The notes: a model not told the origin generated them from the sequence alone. A stretch of DNA of 64,000 bases from Candidatus Poriferihabitaceae bacterium (GCA_965262585.1 OZ253546.1:1277202-1341201), one strand, 5' to 3'; numbered from the stretch's first letter, positions 32,282 to 42,113 are shown. Made by a program: numbers and translations.

Positions 32282-33123
32282 GCCGAGTTCCGGTCATCGG
32301 TGCGGGTGGATTGTCGATGCCAGATAACGCCGAATACCAGCAGCGTGGCGGCCAGCCCCCACCACTGCACGGCGTAGGCGAAATGCCGGGTGGCGTTCAT
32401 CGAATAAGCGCGCCAGATTCGCACAAAGGCGCCGGGGTGATTGGTGTCGAGGGCCAGTGACGCGGGTTGCAGGGCGCTGCCGAAGACGGCGGACAGGGCT
32501 GGTGCGTCAAAGTATTGGATGACTTTCGGCCATTGGCTTTGATTGGCCGGCGGCGATTGATAAGCGGCGCCAAGGGTCAAGCCCTTGTGCGGCAGATAGA
32601 GTTGACCGCGGACTTCGTCGGGGCTTTGTTGGTCGATTTTCAGGGTGTTTTGTAACTCGCCGAGCAATTTGTCGGATAACTCATCAGGCGCGGTGTTTTC
32701 ATTCCATGTGTCGGCACCGATCCAGCCGCGATTAACCAGCAGCGTGGCGCCGTCGGCGGCCAGTTGGAAGGGGCTGAATACTTCATAACCAAGCCGTCCC
32801 TGATGGATGCGGTTGGCGAGTAGAAAATGGGCATTCGCTACTTCTGGTGTTCTCTCCATCCAATCGCCTTCCAGCCGCACTCGACGATAGGCGAGAGCAT
32901 CCCAGTTGGGCGGTATGCGGTCGATGGTGATATATTGGTTTGGCGAATGCGCGAGCAATTTTTCGATGGCCGATTTCTCAAGGCCGCGATTCAATTGCCA
33001 GCCGCCCAGCGTCAATAACAACGACAAACTCATAAAAAAAACCAGATAAACCGCCGCCGTTTTCCTGTTATTCTTGCGCGGCAGGCCGATCTTTTCATCG
33101 GCATTTCGCCGCCGCTTATGCAA
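32278..33123 (-). CDS. SURF1 family cytochrome oxidase biogenesis protein (start uncertain)
   Basis: LGGWQLNRG.EK, LVNRGW, HFAYAVQWW. Confidence 0.85.
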   Translation of the reverse strand: MHKRRRNADEKIGLPRKNNRKTAAVYLVFFMSLSLLLTLGGWQLNRGLEKSAIEKLLAHSPNQYITIDRIPPNWDALAYRRVRLEGDWMERTPEVANAHFLLANRIHQGRLGYEVFSPFQLAADGATLLVNRGWIGADTWNENTAPDELSDKLLGELQNTLKIDQQSPDEVRGQLYLPHKGLTLGAAYQSPPANQSQWPKVIQYFDAPALSAVFGSALQPASLALDTNHPGAFVRIWRAYSMNATRHFAYAVQWWGLAATLLVFGVIWHRQSTRTDDRNSA

Positions 33124-33151
33124 TGCCTGCAACCACTTTGCCCGATACGCC

Positions 33152-33364
33152 ATGTTGCTATTCAAACTCATCATCGTCATTTTGCTACTGTTTGTGGTGG
33201 GCAGTTTGTTCACGGCGCTGTATTTCCTCATCAAGTCCCCGTCCGAATCACAGCGAGTGGTCAAATCGCTAGGCTGGCGGATTGGATTGTCGTTATTTAT
33301 TTTGCTGCTGTTGTTTATCGGCATCCAGACCGGGCTGATTGTGCCTCACGACGTCGGCGGCTGA
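33152..33364 (+). CDS. Twin-transmembrane-helix small protein (DUF2909-like)
   Basis: SLFTALYFL...RVVKSL.WRIGLS...G.I.PH; typical position between cox3 and SURF1. Confidence 0.8.
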   Translation: MLLFKLIIVILLLFVVGSLFTALYFLIKSPSESQRVVKSLGWRIGLSLFILLLLFIGIQTGLIVPHDVGG

Positions 33365-33383
33365 GTTAACTTGTTTAACGCAT

Positions 33384-33413
33384 AAAAAAGCACCGTAGGT
33401 GTAGTGCTTTTTT
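33384..33413. terminator. Bidirectional intrinsic terminator
   Basis: AAAAAAGCAC-loop-GTGCTTTTTT between convergent genes. Confidence 0.7.
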
Positions 33414-33422
33414 CAGAGTCCG

Positions 33423-34298
33423 TTACAAAATATAAACGAACAAAAACAACCCAAGCCAAACCACATCGACGAAATGCCAATACCACGCCGCCGCCTCGAA
33501 GGCGAAGTGGCGTCCCGGGGTGAAATGGCCGCGTATGGCGCGCACCAAAATCACGGCGAGCATGGTGGCGCCGAGGGTTACGTGCATGCCGTGGAATCCG
33601 GTTAGCATGAAGAAGGTCGAGCCGTAGATGCCGCTGCCGAGTTTCAGGCCGGCGTCGTATGCCTCGATATATTCGACGCCCTGCAGGAACACAAACAGGA
33701 AGCCGAGGAAAACAGTCAGGAACAAGCCGGCGATAATCTGGGTGCGTTTGTTTTCCCGGATGCCGTGGTGTGCCCAGGTGACGGTCAGGCCCGAAGTAAG
33801 CAGGATGACCGTGTTGATAAACGGCAAAGGCCACCAGCCCATGTGGAAATCACTACCGCCCAGGTCGCCCGGGCCATTGGTGGGCCAAAATTCGGTGTAG
33901 GTGCTCCATAAGGTTTGGTGAGTGGATACGCCCGCGCCCTCCCCCAGCAGCCACGGCACCGAGAAAAGTCGGGCGTAAAACAACGCACCGAAAAAGCCGG
34001 CGAAAAACATCACTTCGGAGAAGATGAACCAAGCCATGCCGAGGCGGAATGATTTGTCCTCCCAGGATTTGTATACGCCCTGTTCGCTCTCGACCACCAC
34101 GGTGCCAAACCAACCAAACAGCATCACCACCATCACCGCAAACCCGGCCCACATCAAATCGGAGCCGTGGGACACGCCGTTCAGATAAGCAGCAAATCCG
34201 CCCAACAACAAAGTCAGCCCGATGGAGCCAACCAATGGCCATTTGGCGGTGTGGGGAACATAATATTGCGCTTCCGCGCTCGTTGTGTGTTGTGTCAT
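33423..34298 (-). CDS. coxC: Cytochrome c oxidase subunit III
   Basis: WFIFSEVMFF, TGFHGMHV, AAAWYWHFVDVVW. Confidence 0.95.
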   Translation of the reverse strand: MTQHTTSAEAQYYVPHTAKWPLVGSIGLTLLLGGFAAYLNGVSHGSDLMWAGFAVMVVMLFGWFGTVVVESEQGVYKSWEDKSFRLGMAWFIFSEVMFFAGFFGALFYARLFSVPWLLGEGAGVSTHQTLWSTYTEFWPTNGPGDLGGSDFHMGWWPLPFINTVILLTSGLTVTWAHHGIRENKRTQIIAGLFLTVFLGFLFVFLQGVEYIEAYDAGLKLGSGIYGSTFFMLTGFHGMHVTLGATMLAVILVRAIRGHFTPGRHFAFEAAAWYWHFVDVVWLGLFLFVYIL

Positions 34299-34331
34299 TT
34301 TGAATCTCGCTATATTCGTTTGTTAATAATG

Positions 34332-34712
34332 TTACGGGACTAACCCCATTTTCTTGGCTTGTCTACGAAACGCTTTGTCTTTCTTTATGAGTTCTGGGAT
34401 ATGGTTTTTCCAGTATTCTAAATCCTCGCTCCCAGGATTCTCGCCACCAACGCCCCCGTAAGCCACCCGGTTACATTGTTCACAAAACCAATTAATTGTT
34501 CCTGACGGGCTAATAAAGAGTGATTCAAAATAATATTCATTATTACTTTTGCCCAAACGAACATGGGGACACATATTTTGCAATCGCATAGTTTGCGATT
34601 TCTTTCGTGACTCCTGCCACTTATTTAGGTCAAATTGAAAATTGATTCGCACTGCAAGTATCACGGCGGAACCCGCCAGTACGCCATAAAAAAATGATTG
34701 CCACGAATCCAT
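34332..34712 (-). CDS. Hypothetical AT-rich protein: N-terminal TM, CPH...CxxC possible metal ribbon
   Basis: ORF co-oriented within the cox operon; MCPH and WFCEQC motifs. Confidence 0.6.
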   Translation of the reverse strand: MDSWQSFFYGVLAGSAVILAVRINFQFDLNKWQESRKKSQTMRLQNMCPHVRLGKSNNEYYFESLFISPSGTINWFCEQCNRVAYGGVGGENPGSEDLEYWKNHIPELIKKDKAFRRQAKKMGLVP

Positions 34713-34725
34713 TATTATTGCCTCG

Positions 34726-35199
34726 TTAAACCGGGTCTCCGAAACGATTCGCTTGCTCATCTCCCTTTCTACAGAGCCAAACCAACAACAACAAAAGAGG
34801 AGCCAAGCCACCTACTACTATCGCCCCCAATAGGTATCCGTGTACATCGCTGATGACTCCACTGATAAAAAGAGAAATATAGGCATTCATGAATAACCCT
34901 GATGTTATCAATGGAACAATACTAAAAATCTGCCACCAACCACTTCGATTGATATCGTGCAACCTTCTTGCTCCAACTGCCAACAGTGGAACAGCTACCA
35001 CTAACCACCAACAAACAAGTACCCAGTATTGGTTAAAATCCCCTATAGTAGACCATACATAATAAAACAACCAAAACCACCAATACTCTGCTTTGTTTGC
35101 TCTTCCCTTGAAGTCAGCATACTTCTTAAAACAAGTTTTCAGGGCAGTTAATGGCCCCATCATTTTGCGCGATTGCGTAGTGGCATTTTCTTGATTCAT
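34726..35199 (-). CDS. DUF805 (YhaH-like) membrane protein
   Basis: CFKKYADFKGRA.KAEYWWF, LAVGARRLHDINRSGWW, G...NRFG. Confidence 0.88.
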   Translation of the reverse strand: MNQENATTQSRKMMGPLTALKTCFKKYADFKGRANKAEYWWFWLFYYVWSTIGDFNQYWVLVCWWLVVAVPLLAVGARRLHDINRSGWWQIFSIVPLITSGLFMNAYISLFISGVISDVHGYLLGAIVVGGLAPLLLLLVWLCRKGDEQANRFGDPV

Positions 35200-35209
35200 T
35201 GATATGCCT

Positions 35210-35815
35210 CTACAGGTTTATGCCGGGTTTGGGGGGTGGGGAGTGAACGGTGTCGATTCCGTGGTCGTGCTCCGAGTGGTCGTGTTCTTGTTCATCGTCT
35301 TGCGCGTCTATTTCGAAAAAGGTGTAGGACAGGGTGATGGTTTCGACATCGGCGGGCAGGTTGGGGTGGATGACGAATACCAGTGGCAAGTCGCGTTGTT
35401 CGCCGGCGGCGAAGGCTTGTCGTCCGAAGCAAAAACATTCGGTTTTGTTGAAATACGCCGAGGCTTTGGACGGCGCCACGCTCGGCACCGCCTGACCGAC
35501 CATGGCCGTGGCTTTGCGATTGCGCGCTTGATAAGTGGCCTGATAGGTTTTACCCGGATGCACCATCATGCTGCGTGCCACTGGCGCGAAGTCGATGGGC
35601 ATGTCGCGGTTGCGATTGGCCATGAACTCGACCTTGATCAGCCGCGATTCATCCACCTGCATGCGCCCGACTCGCTCAACCGTGGTGGTGCCGGTCTTGC
35701 CATTCAAGCCGGTGAGTTCGCAAAATATATCGTAAATCGGCACCATCAAGTAGCCAAACCCGAACATCAGCACCGGGATTACAAATAGCACGGCGATGTT
35801 CTTTCTAATTTTCAC
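35210..35815 (-). CDS. ctaG: Cytochrome c oxidase Cu chaperone CtaG/Cox11
   Basis: MFGFGY..VPIYDIFCE.TGLNGKT, YFNKTECFCF; His/Asp-rich tail. Confidence 0.93.
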   Translation of the reverse strand: MKIRKNIAVLFVIPVLMFGFGYLMVPIYDIFCELTGLNGKTGTTTVERVGRMQVDESRLIKVEFMANRNRDMPIDFAPVARSMMVHPGKTYQATYQARNRKATAMVGQAVPSVAPSKASAYFNKTECFCFGRQAFAAGEQRDLPLVFVIHPNLPADVETITLSYTFFEIDAQDDEQEHDHSEHDHGIDTVHSPPPKPGINL

Positions 35816-35913
35816 AGGACGGCCATCAGGATAAAACCAAGATAAAACGCAAATGCCACCGCGAACAGGGCGAGTATGGTGCGTTTGACTGCGGGGTTCA
35901 TAATAGTGCGCAT
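35812..35913 (-). CDS. Small single-TM cytochrome oxidase cluster protein (33 aa, absent from the ORF track)
   Basis: MRTIMNPAVKRTILALFAVAFAFYLGFILMAVL; its TGA overlaps the ctaG GTG; usual slot between coxA and ctaG. Confidence 0.7.
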   Translation of the reverse strand: MRTIMNPAVKRTILALFAVAFAFYLGFILMAVL

Positions 35914-35946
35914 GGTCGTTGGTTTATGGTCGCGTCATGAAGCCGG

Positions 35947-37533
35947 TTACTTAATCACCGGTTGCGGCGAGAACGAGTGGTAGGGTGGTGGTGAGGTGAG
36001 GGTCCACTCTAGGCCGTGTGCGCCTTCCCATACTTGGTTGCCGGATTTTTCGCCGCCACGGATGCATTGCACCACCAACACCAGCAGCAGAATTTGCGCG
36101 AAGCCGAAGCCGAATGCGCCGACCGTGGCGATGGCGTTGAAGTCGGCGAATTGCACTGCGTAATCGGGGATGCGGCGCGGCATACCGGCGAGGCCGACGA
36201 AGTGCATGGGGAAAAACAGCAGGTTGACAAAGATGGTGGACAGCCAGAAATGCCATTTGCCGAGGGCTTCGTTGTAGTAGTTGCCGGTCCACTTCGGTAG
36301 CCAGTAATAGACCCCGGCGATGATGCCGAAAATCGCGCCGGGCACCAGCACATAATGGAAGTGGGCGACTACGAAGTAGGTGTCGTGGTATTGGAAGTCG
36401 ATGGGCGTCATGGCCAGCATCAAACCTGAAAATCCGCCGATGGTGAACATCACCACGAAACCCAGGGCGAACAGCATCGGGGTTTCAAAGGTGAGCGCGC
36501 CGCGCCACATGGTCGACACCCAGTTGAACACCTTGACCCCGGTAGGCACGGCGATGAGCATGGTGGTGAACATAAAAAATAATTCGCCCACCAGCGGCAT
36601 GCCGACGGTGAACATGTGGTGCGCCCAGACGATGAACGACAAAAACGCGATGGATGAGGTGGCGTAGACCATGGAAGCGTAGCCGAACAGCGGCTTGCGC
36701 GAGAAAGTCGGGATGATTTCCGAGACCAAGCCGAACGATGGCAGAATCAGAATATAGACTTCCGGGTGGCCGAAGAACCAGAAGATGTGTTGGAACATTA
36801 CCGGGTCGCCACCACCGGCGGCGTCGAAAAAACTGGTGCCGAAAAACTTGTCGGTCAGCAACATGGTCACCGCACCGGCGAGCACTGGCATGACCGCAAT
36901 CAGCAAGTAGGCGGTGATGAACCAAGTCCACACGAACAGCGGCATCTTCATATAGGTCATGCCCGGTGCGCGCAGGTTCATGATGGTGGCGACGATGTTG
37001 ATCGCGCCCATGATGCTGGATGCGCCGAGCATGTGAATGGAAAAAATTACGAACGGCAGGCTGTCGCCGCCCTGCAACGACAACGGCGGATACAAAGTCC
37101 AGCCGGCCGCCGGGCCGCCGCCTTCCATGAATAGCGTCGATAGCATCATGGCGAAAGCGAACGGCAGAATCCAAAAACTCCAGTTGTTCATACGCGGCAA
37201 CGCCATGTCCGGCGCGCCAATCATGATCGGCACCATCCAGTTGGCAAGCCCCACAAACGCCGGCATCACCACCCCGAAAATCATCACCAGCGCGTGCATG
37301 GTGGTCATCTGATTGAAGAAGTGCGGGTCGACGATCTGCAAGCCGGGCTGAAACAATTCGGCGCGAATGATGAGCGCCATGAAACCGCCGATGAAAAACA
37401 TAATCAGCGAAAACCACAGATACAAAGTGCCGATGTCCTTGTGGTTGGTGGTGGTAACCCAACGCATCAACCCGGGCGCGGGGCCGTGGTGATCGTGGTC
37501 AGCGTGGTCGGCGGTGGTTGCGTAGGCGTTCAT
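35947..37533 (-). CDS. coxA: Cytochrome c oxidase subunit I (aa3 type)
   Basis: TTNHKDIG, WFFGHPEVY, WAHHMF, VVAHFHYV, GMPRRI. Confidence 0.97.
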   Translation of the reverse strand: MNAYATTADHADHDHHGPAPGLMRWVTTTNHKDIGTLYLWFSLIMFFIGGFMALIIRAELFQPGLQIVDPHFFNQMTTMHALVMIFGVVMPAFVGLANWMVPIMIGAPDMALPRMNNWSFWILPFAFAMMLSTLFMEGGGPAAGWTLYPPLSLQGGDSLPFVIFSIHMLGASSIMGAINIVATIMNLRAPGMTYMKMPLFVWTWFITAYLLIAVMPVLAGAVTMLLTDKFFGTSFFDAAGGGDPVMFQHIFWFFGHPEVYILILPSFGLVSEIIPTFSRKPLFGYASMVYATSSIAFLSFIVWAHHMFTVGMPLVGELFFMFTTMLIAVPTGVKVFNWVSTMWRGALTFETPMLFALGFVVMFTIGGFSGLMLAMTPIDFQYHDTYFVVAHFHYVLVPGAIFGIIAGVYYWLPKWTGNYYNEALGKWHFWLSTIFVNLLFFPMHFVGLAGMPRRIPDYAVQFADFNAIATVGAFGFGFAQILLLVLVVQCIRGGEKSGNQVWEGAHGLEWTLTSPPPYHSFSPQPVIK

Positions 37534-37693
37534 TGGGGTTCCTCAAAATGTTTGGCAGACCTGCCGTGCAAGAAATGCGGTCATCGTGGCAGATTGTAAT
37601 GAATAGTAAGCGACGCGCCTTTGCCCGCCCGTTCGCGTTTCGGCATACAACTGGCTACGAAAAATTATTGGTGTCGTCATTTTTTCTCTTCGA

Positions 37694-37981
37694 TTATTCC
37701 AACATCACCGACATCACACCAAGAATAATACCAATCGTGGCGACCCATCCGGCGGTGAATATCGCGCCTAGTTTGAGTAGTAATTCTTTTCGCGCCAATT
37801 CGATTGCATATTTCACCAACTCGATTTCGTGTTTCACCGATTCGACGTCGTGCTTGGTCGCTAGGTTTTCATCGATGATTTTGGATTGATAACGTGCGAT
37901 GGCCTCGGCTTGCGGTGCGGGCATGCCGGTGTCGATGAGTTCTTTGATGTACTCGTGGGTTTTCATAGCAAGCATGCTCAT
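37694..37981 (-). CDS. DUF1640/CCDC90-like coiled-coil protein with C-terminal TM
   Basis: TH.Y.KEL...GM...QAEAI.......NLATK.DV..VK.EI, then a hydrophobic tail. Confidence 0.7.
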   Translation of the reverse strand: MSMLAMKTHEYIKELIDTGMPAPQAEAIARYQSKIIDENLATKHDVESVKHEIELVKYAIELARKELLLKLGAIFTAGWVATIGIILGVMSVMLE

Positions 37982-38027
37982 TAGGTTAAATCCAGGTGGT
38001 TTATTCGCGGGCGATTTATCCGGGCAA

Positions 38028-39155
38028 TCATCGCGCCGCCTTAACCGCGCTCGGCTGCAACACATCGCCGCTGTCATTGCCCCAGGCGTTGCGTTCGTAA
38101 GTGATGATTGCGGCGATGTCGACATCGCTTAACTGCGCGCCGAAGGCTTGCATGGCGGTGCCGGGCGCGCCGTTCAGGACGATGTTGAGATGGTCTTCCA
38201 GGCTAATTGTGCCCGCATCGAGTGCCGGGAACACGCCCGGAATGCCCTGGCCGTTGGCTTGGTGGCAAGCCACGCAGTTGGTGCCGTAGGTTGCTTGACC
38301 TTTCTCCATCAGTTCCGCTTGAGACCATTCACGGTCGGCGGAACCGGCTTCGGCACTCGCCGCCGCCAGTTGCGCGCCGGTCCACTGCTCGAATTCCCCG
38401 GCGGACACCGCTTCCACCACGATGGGCATGAAGCCATGATCCTTGCCGCATAACTCCGCGCACTGGCCGCGATAGGTTCCGGGTTCATCGATAATCGTCC
38501 ACATCTCGCGGATGAAACCGGGCACGGCGTCTTTCTTGATGGCGAAATCCGGCACCCACCAGGCGTGTAGAACGTCGTTAGAGGTCAGCAGAATGCGCAC
38601 TTTCCGGCCCACCGGCAACACCAGAGGGTTGTCCACTTCGAGCAGATAATTTTCCACACTGTACGGGTCGATGCCGGAACCGCGCGGGCGGGCTTCGCGG
38701 CTTTTTTCACCGAGGTTGCTGAAAAAGCGTATGCCCTGTTCCGGGTAGGCGTATTCCCATTTCCATTGATGGCCGGTGACCTGGATGGTCAGGTCGGCGT
38801 TGCTGGCATCCTCCATTTTAATCAGCGCCTTGGCCGCCGGTATCGCCATGCCGATTAGAATTAGAAACGGAATCACAGTCCAGATGATTTCGGCGGTGGT
38901 GCTATGGGTAAAAGTGGCCGGCGGATTGCCGTTGGATTTGCGGTGGCGGATGATGCTGATAAACATCGCGCCGAACACCAACACGCCGATGACGGTGCAG
39001 ATATACAAAACCATCATGTGCATGTCATAGACTTCGTTGCTGATTTCGGAGACGCCCCGTGGCAGGTTCACCTCCCAATCCGCAAACAGCGGCAACGCAA
39101 ACACCGAAAGCAACACGCCCGCCGATGCGCGCACCACCCGTTGAAATAAATTCAT
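38028..39155 (-). CDS. coxB: Cytochrome c oxidase subunit II with fused C-terminal cytochrome c
   Basis: DVLHAWW, CAELCGKDHGFM CuA site, CVACH haem motif. Confidence 0.95.
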   Translation of the reverse strand: MNLFQRVVRASAGVLLSVFALPLFADWEVNLPRGVSEISNEVYDMHMMVLYICTVIGVLVFGAMFISIIRHRKSNGNPPATFTHSTTAEIIWTVIPFLILIGMAIPAAKALIKMEDASNADLTIQVTGHQWKWEYAYPEQGIRFFSNLGEKSREARPRGSGIDPYSVENYLLEVDNPLVLPVGRKVRILLTSNDVLHAWWVPDFAIKKDAVPGFIREMWTIIDEPGTYRGQCAELCGKDHGFMPIVVEAVSAGEFEQWTGAQLAAASAEAGSADREWSQAELMEKGQATYGTNCVACHQANGQGIPGVFPALDAGTISLEDHLNIVLNGAPGTAMQAFGAQLSDVDIAAIITYERNAWGNDSGDVLQPSAVKAAR

Positions 39156-39289
39156 TAAATTAGAGTCCCCGCCAACAATCAATGGTGAAGTTTAACCGAT
39201 GGCCGCCAAACACCGCGCAACCAAATCAAGCGCAAATACAGGCCCGGATACAAAGCCGAATTATAGCCTATTATCGAAAAAATATAACC

Positions 39290-39410
39290 CGTCATTCCCG
39301 CGAAACTGGAATCTAGTAAAAGCATGTGCAGCGTAAGCCGCGCATTAATAATGTCCGGCTTACGCCGGGATTGTTTAACTGGATTCCAGTTTCGCGGGAA
39401 TGAAGACGGG
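39290..39410. repeat. Inverted pair of dRS3-like palindromes (REPIN-like)
   Basis: gtcattcccgcgaaactggaatctag ... ctggattccagtttcgcgggaatga. Confidence 0.8.
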
Positions 39411-39436
39411 TGGAGATTGCCAGCGAGAGGAGTCTC

Positions 39437-39734
39437 AAATCTTCTCATAAACCCCCAAATCTTCTCATAAACGCTCAAATTCTCTCATAAATCTTCTAAT
39501 TCTTCTCATAAATGTTCTAAAAGGCTCTAAATCTTCTCATAAATGTTCTAATTCTTCTCATAAAACCCCAAATCTTCTCATAAATGTTCTAATTCTTCTC
39601 ATAAATGTTCTAATTCTTCTCACAAATGTTCTAAATCTTCTCATAAAGCCCAAAATCTTCTCATAAACCTTCTAAATCTTCTCATAAAACCCTAATTCTT
39701 CTCATAAATCTTCTCACAACCCCTAAAATCTTCT
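39437..39734. repeat. Tandem array of about 14 units of 20-21 bp, core AAWTCTTCTCATAAA plus a variable 5-6 nt tail
   Basis: Read directly from the sequence; almost G-free on the + strand. Confidence 0.92.
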
Positions 39735-39759
39735 AATACGCAGGCGGCGGACTGACATA

Positions 39760-39993
39760 TCACGAAGCCGTGGCCACCAGCACCTGCACTGCGCCCCATA
39801 TCAACCCTACGAAAAACAGCACGAAAATAATTCCGGCGGCGACGAAATGCCAGAACTTGCCGCTTTCAAAATCGCGTTTGCGGTTGGCTTCGCTTTGGAC
39901 GCCGAAAAATGCGGCGCACGCGCTTTGTATGAGGCTGAAAAAGGTGACCTCGGTGGGCTTGTCGTCGCTGTTGTCGTTGTCGGGTTTGCGCAT
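39760..39993 (-). CDS. DUF2970 family small membrane protein
   Basis: S..AAFFGVQS..NR.RDF..G....F...GI. Confidence 0.85.
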   Translation of the reverse strand: MRKPDNDNSDDKPTEVTFFSLIQSACAAFFGVQSEANRKRDFESGKFWHFVAAGIIFVLFFVGLIWGAVQVLVATAS

Positions 39994-40005
39994 GGGTATT
40001 TGGGG

Positions 40006-40914
40006 TTAATCGAGGACAAACGTGCGCAGGAAAATCCGCGCGTAGTGGTCGAGTAGCAGGAATGCGAACAATGCGCTCAAGTAGAAAATCGAGTAGCCGA
40101 AGGTTTTCATCGCGTGTCGGTCGCCTTCGGCGCGGTATAGTTTGACCGCGTGATAGACGAAGCCGATGCCGAGGGCGAGGGCGCCGGCGAGGTAGATGAC
40201 GCCGCTCATCATCACCACAAACGGCATCATGGTCACCACCACCAGCAAAATGGCGTATAGCAAAATGTGCAGTTTGGTGAAGGCGATGCCGTAAGCCACC
40301 GGCAGCATCGGCACACCGGCTTTGGCGTAGTCGTCCACGCGCTTGATGGCCAGCGCCCAGAAATGGGGCGGAGTCCAGACGAAGATAATCAGAAATAACA
40401 GCAATGCTTCGCCGTGAATTTCGCCGGTCACCGCGGTCCAGCCGAGCACCGGTGGCGCCGCACCGGCAGCGCCGCCGAGGACGATATTCTGCGGTGTCGA
40501 GTGCTTTAAGAACATGCTGTAGATGACCGCATAGCCGACCATAGAGGCGAATGTTAAAGCCGCGGTCAGGGCGTTCACAAAGGTCAGCAACACCACCATC
40601 GACAACGCGGCCAGCACCAGCGCAAAGGTGACCGCCTGACGGCTGCTGATTATTCCCCGGGGCAGCGGGCGGGCGCGGGTGCGCTCCATGCGCGCGTCGA
40701 TTTCTTCGTCCACCCAGTGATTCAACGCCGCCCCGGCGGAGGCCCCCAGCGCGATGCCGATGAGCCCCCAAAATCCCGCGGCAAGCGGTATCCAGCCATC
40801 GGTGGACAGGAACATCCCGACCAATGCGGTGAACAGGATTAGCAGCACCACCTTGGGCTTGCACAACGCCAAATATTCGCGCCAAGTCGGAGCGTTGGAA
40901 GCCGCCTCAAGCAT
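40006..40914 (-). CDS. cyoE: Protoheme IX farnesyltransferase (heme o synthase)
   Basis: YLALCKPKVV, IDARM.RT..RPLP, QNIVLGG.AGA, WTPPHFWALA. Confidence 0.95.
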   Translation of the reverse strand: MLEAASNAPTWREYLALCKPKVVLLILFTALVGMFLSTDGWIPLAAGFWGLIGIALGASAGAALNHWVDEEIDARMERTRARPLPRGIISSRQAVTFALVLAALSMVVLLTFVNALTAALTFASMVGYAVIYSMFLKHSTPQNIVLGGAAGAAPPVLGWTAVTGEIHGEALLLFLIIFVWTPPHFWALAIKRVDDYAKAGVPMLPVAYGIAFTKLHILLYAILLVVVTMMPFVVMMSGVIYLAGALALGIGFVYHAVKLYRAEGDRHAMKTFGYSIFYLSALFAFLLLDHYARIFLRTFVLD

Positions 40915-41121
40915 GGTCGTGGCGGCCCTGGTCGTGGCGGCATGGCGGGTGCGGTTTGGCCGGATGGTGAATTTCCGTTTCGCTACTGAACATTTGGGGT
41001 GGGTTCGCTGATTTTGAGATACAGATAGTATCAAATTATCGCCGTTGCGCGGTTAGAATGCCCATTCTGGCAAACTCCCCGGTTACTCCCCCGACAAACT
41101 CCCTCCGGCGTCCACAAACCC

Positions 41122-42051
41122 ATGTCCGAAGTGCTACTGATCAAGTCCGACTATGGCTCCTTGTCGCCGTGGGCCGATGCCTTCACGGGCTTTGATATCG
41201 AGGTGCGTGACTGGAGCGCGCCGGGTGCCCCGGAGGAGATCGACTACGCGCTGGTATGGCAGCCCGAGCCGGGAGTGCTGACCGGCTTTGCCAACCTGAA
41301 ATTGATTTTTTCGCTGGGCGCCGGGGTCGATCATTTGCTGAAAGAAGGCGTAGTTCCCCCCGGCATTCCGGTTATTCGCATGGTGGATGATGTGCTGACC
41401 GCCGGTATGACCGAATATGTTTTATACAACGTGCTGCGTTTTCACCGCGATATGCCGCAATATGAAGCCGCCCGGCGCAACCGGATATGGAATCAACACC
41501 GGCAAATTCGGGCATCGGCGCGAAGCGTGGGCATCCTCGGCCTCGGCGTGCTGGGAAGTGCCGCCGCCGGTGCGCTGGCGACGCTGGGCTTCGAGGTGGC
41601 CGGCTGGAGTCGCACCGAAAAACATATCGAAGGAATCGCCTCCTACTATGGCGATCAACAACTGCCCGCGTTTCTGGCGCGCAGCGGGATACTGGTATGC
41701 CTGCTGCCGCTAACCGCACAGACCGAAAACATCCTCAACGCCGCCACCCTCGCGCAACTGCCAAAAGGCGCATTCGTAATCAACGCCGCCCGCGGCGGCC
41801 ATTGCAACGAAGCCGACTTACTCGCAGCCCTAGACAACGGCCATATCACCGGCGCCGCACTGGACGTATTCAAGACCGAGCCACTAGAAAAAAGCAGCCC
41901 ACTATGGCAACACCCACAAGTGTACATCACCCCCCACATAGCCAGCATGACCCTAGCCGCCTCCAGCACCCGGCATGTAATCGACAACATCACCCGTTTC
42001 CGCACCGGACAAGCATTGACCCACACGATAAACCTTGGACGCGGGTATTGA
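41122..42051 (+). CDS. ghrA: Glyoxylate/hydroxypyruvate reductase A (2-hydroxyacid dehydrogenase)
   Basis: SLGAGVDH, GILGLGVLG, GWSRT.K, INAARG, LDVF..EPL, TPHIAS. Confidence 0.88.
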   Translation: MSEVLLIKSDYGSLSPWADAFTGFDIEVRDWSAPGAPEEIDYALVWQPEPGVLTGFANLKLIFSLGAGVDHLLKEGVVPPGIPVIRMVDDVLTAGMTEYVLYNVLRFHRDMPQYEAARRNRIWNQHRQIRASARSVGILGLGVLGSAAAGALATLGFEVAGWSRTEKHIEGIASYYGDQQLPAFLARSGILVCLLPLTAQTENILNAATLAQLPKGAFVINAARGGHCNEADLLAALDNGHITGAALDVFKTEPLEKSSPLWQHPQVYITPHIASMTLAASSTRHVIDNITRFRTGQALTHTINLGRGY

Positions 42052-42113
42052 AAAAGCGCAGATTGGAATAACCCGCCCACTCCATTCGTATTGGCCACCG
42101 ATAATCTTAAATA

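Noticed and set aside
34299-35209. Integron cassette array
   Set aside because: Gaps are too short and lack attC (RYYYAAC...GTTRRRY) structure; no intI in the window.
35160-35215. Possible duplication of the coxC start region at the DUF805 start
   Set aside because: Similarity (tag..ag...caATGA..CAA) is too weak to separate from ordinary RBS/start context.
39437-39734. CRISPR array
   Set aside because: The variable parts are only 5-6 nt and often repeated; the repeat is not palindromic; no cas genes are present.
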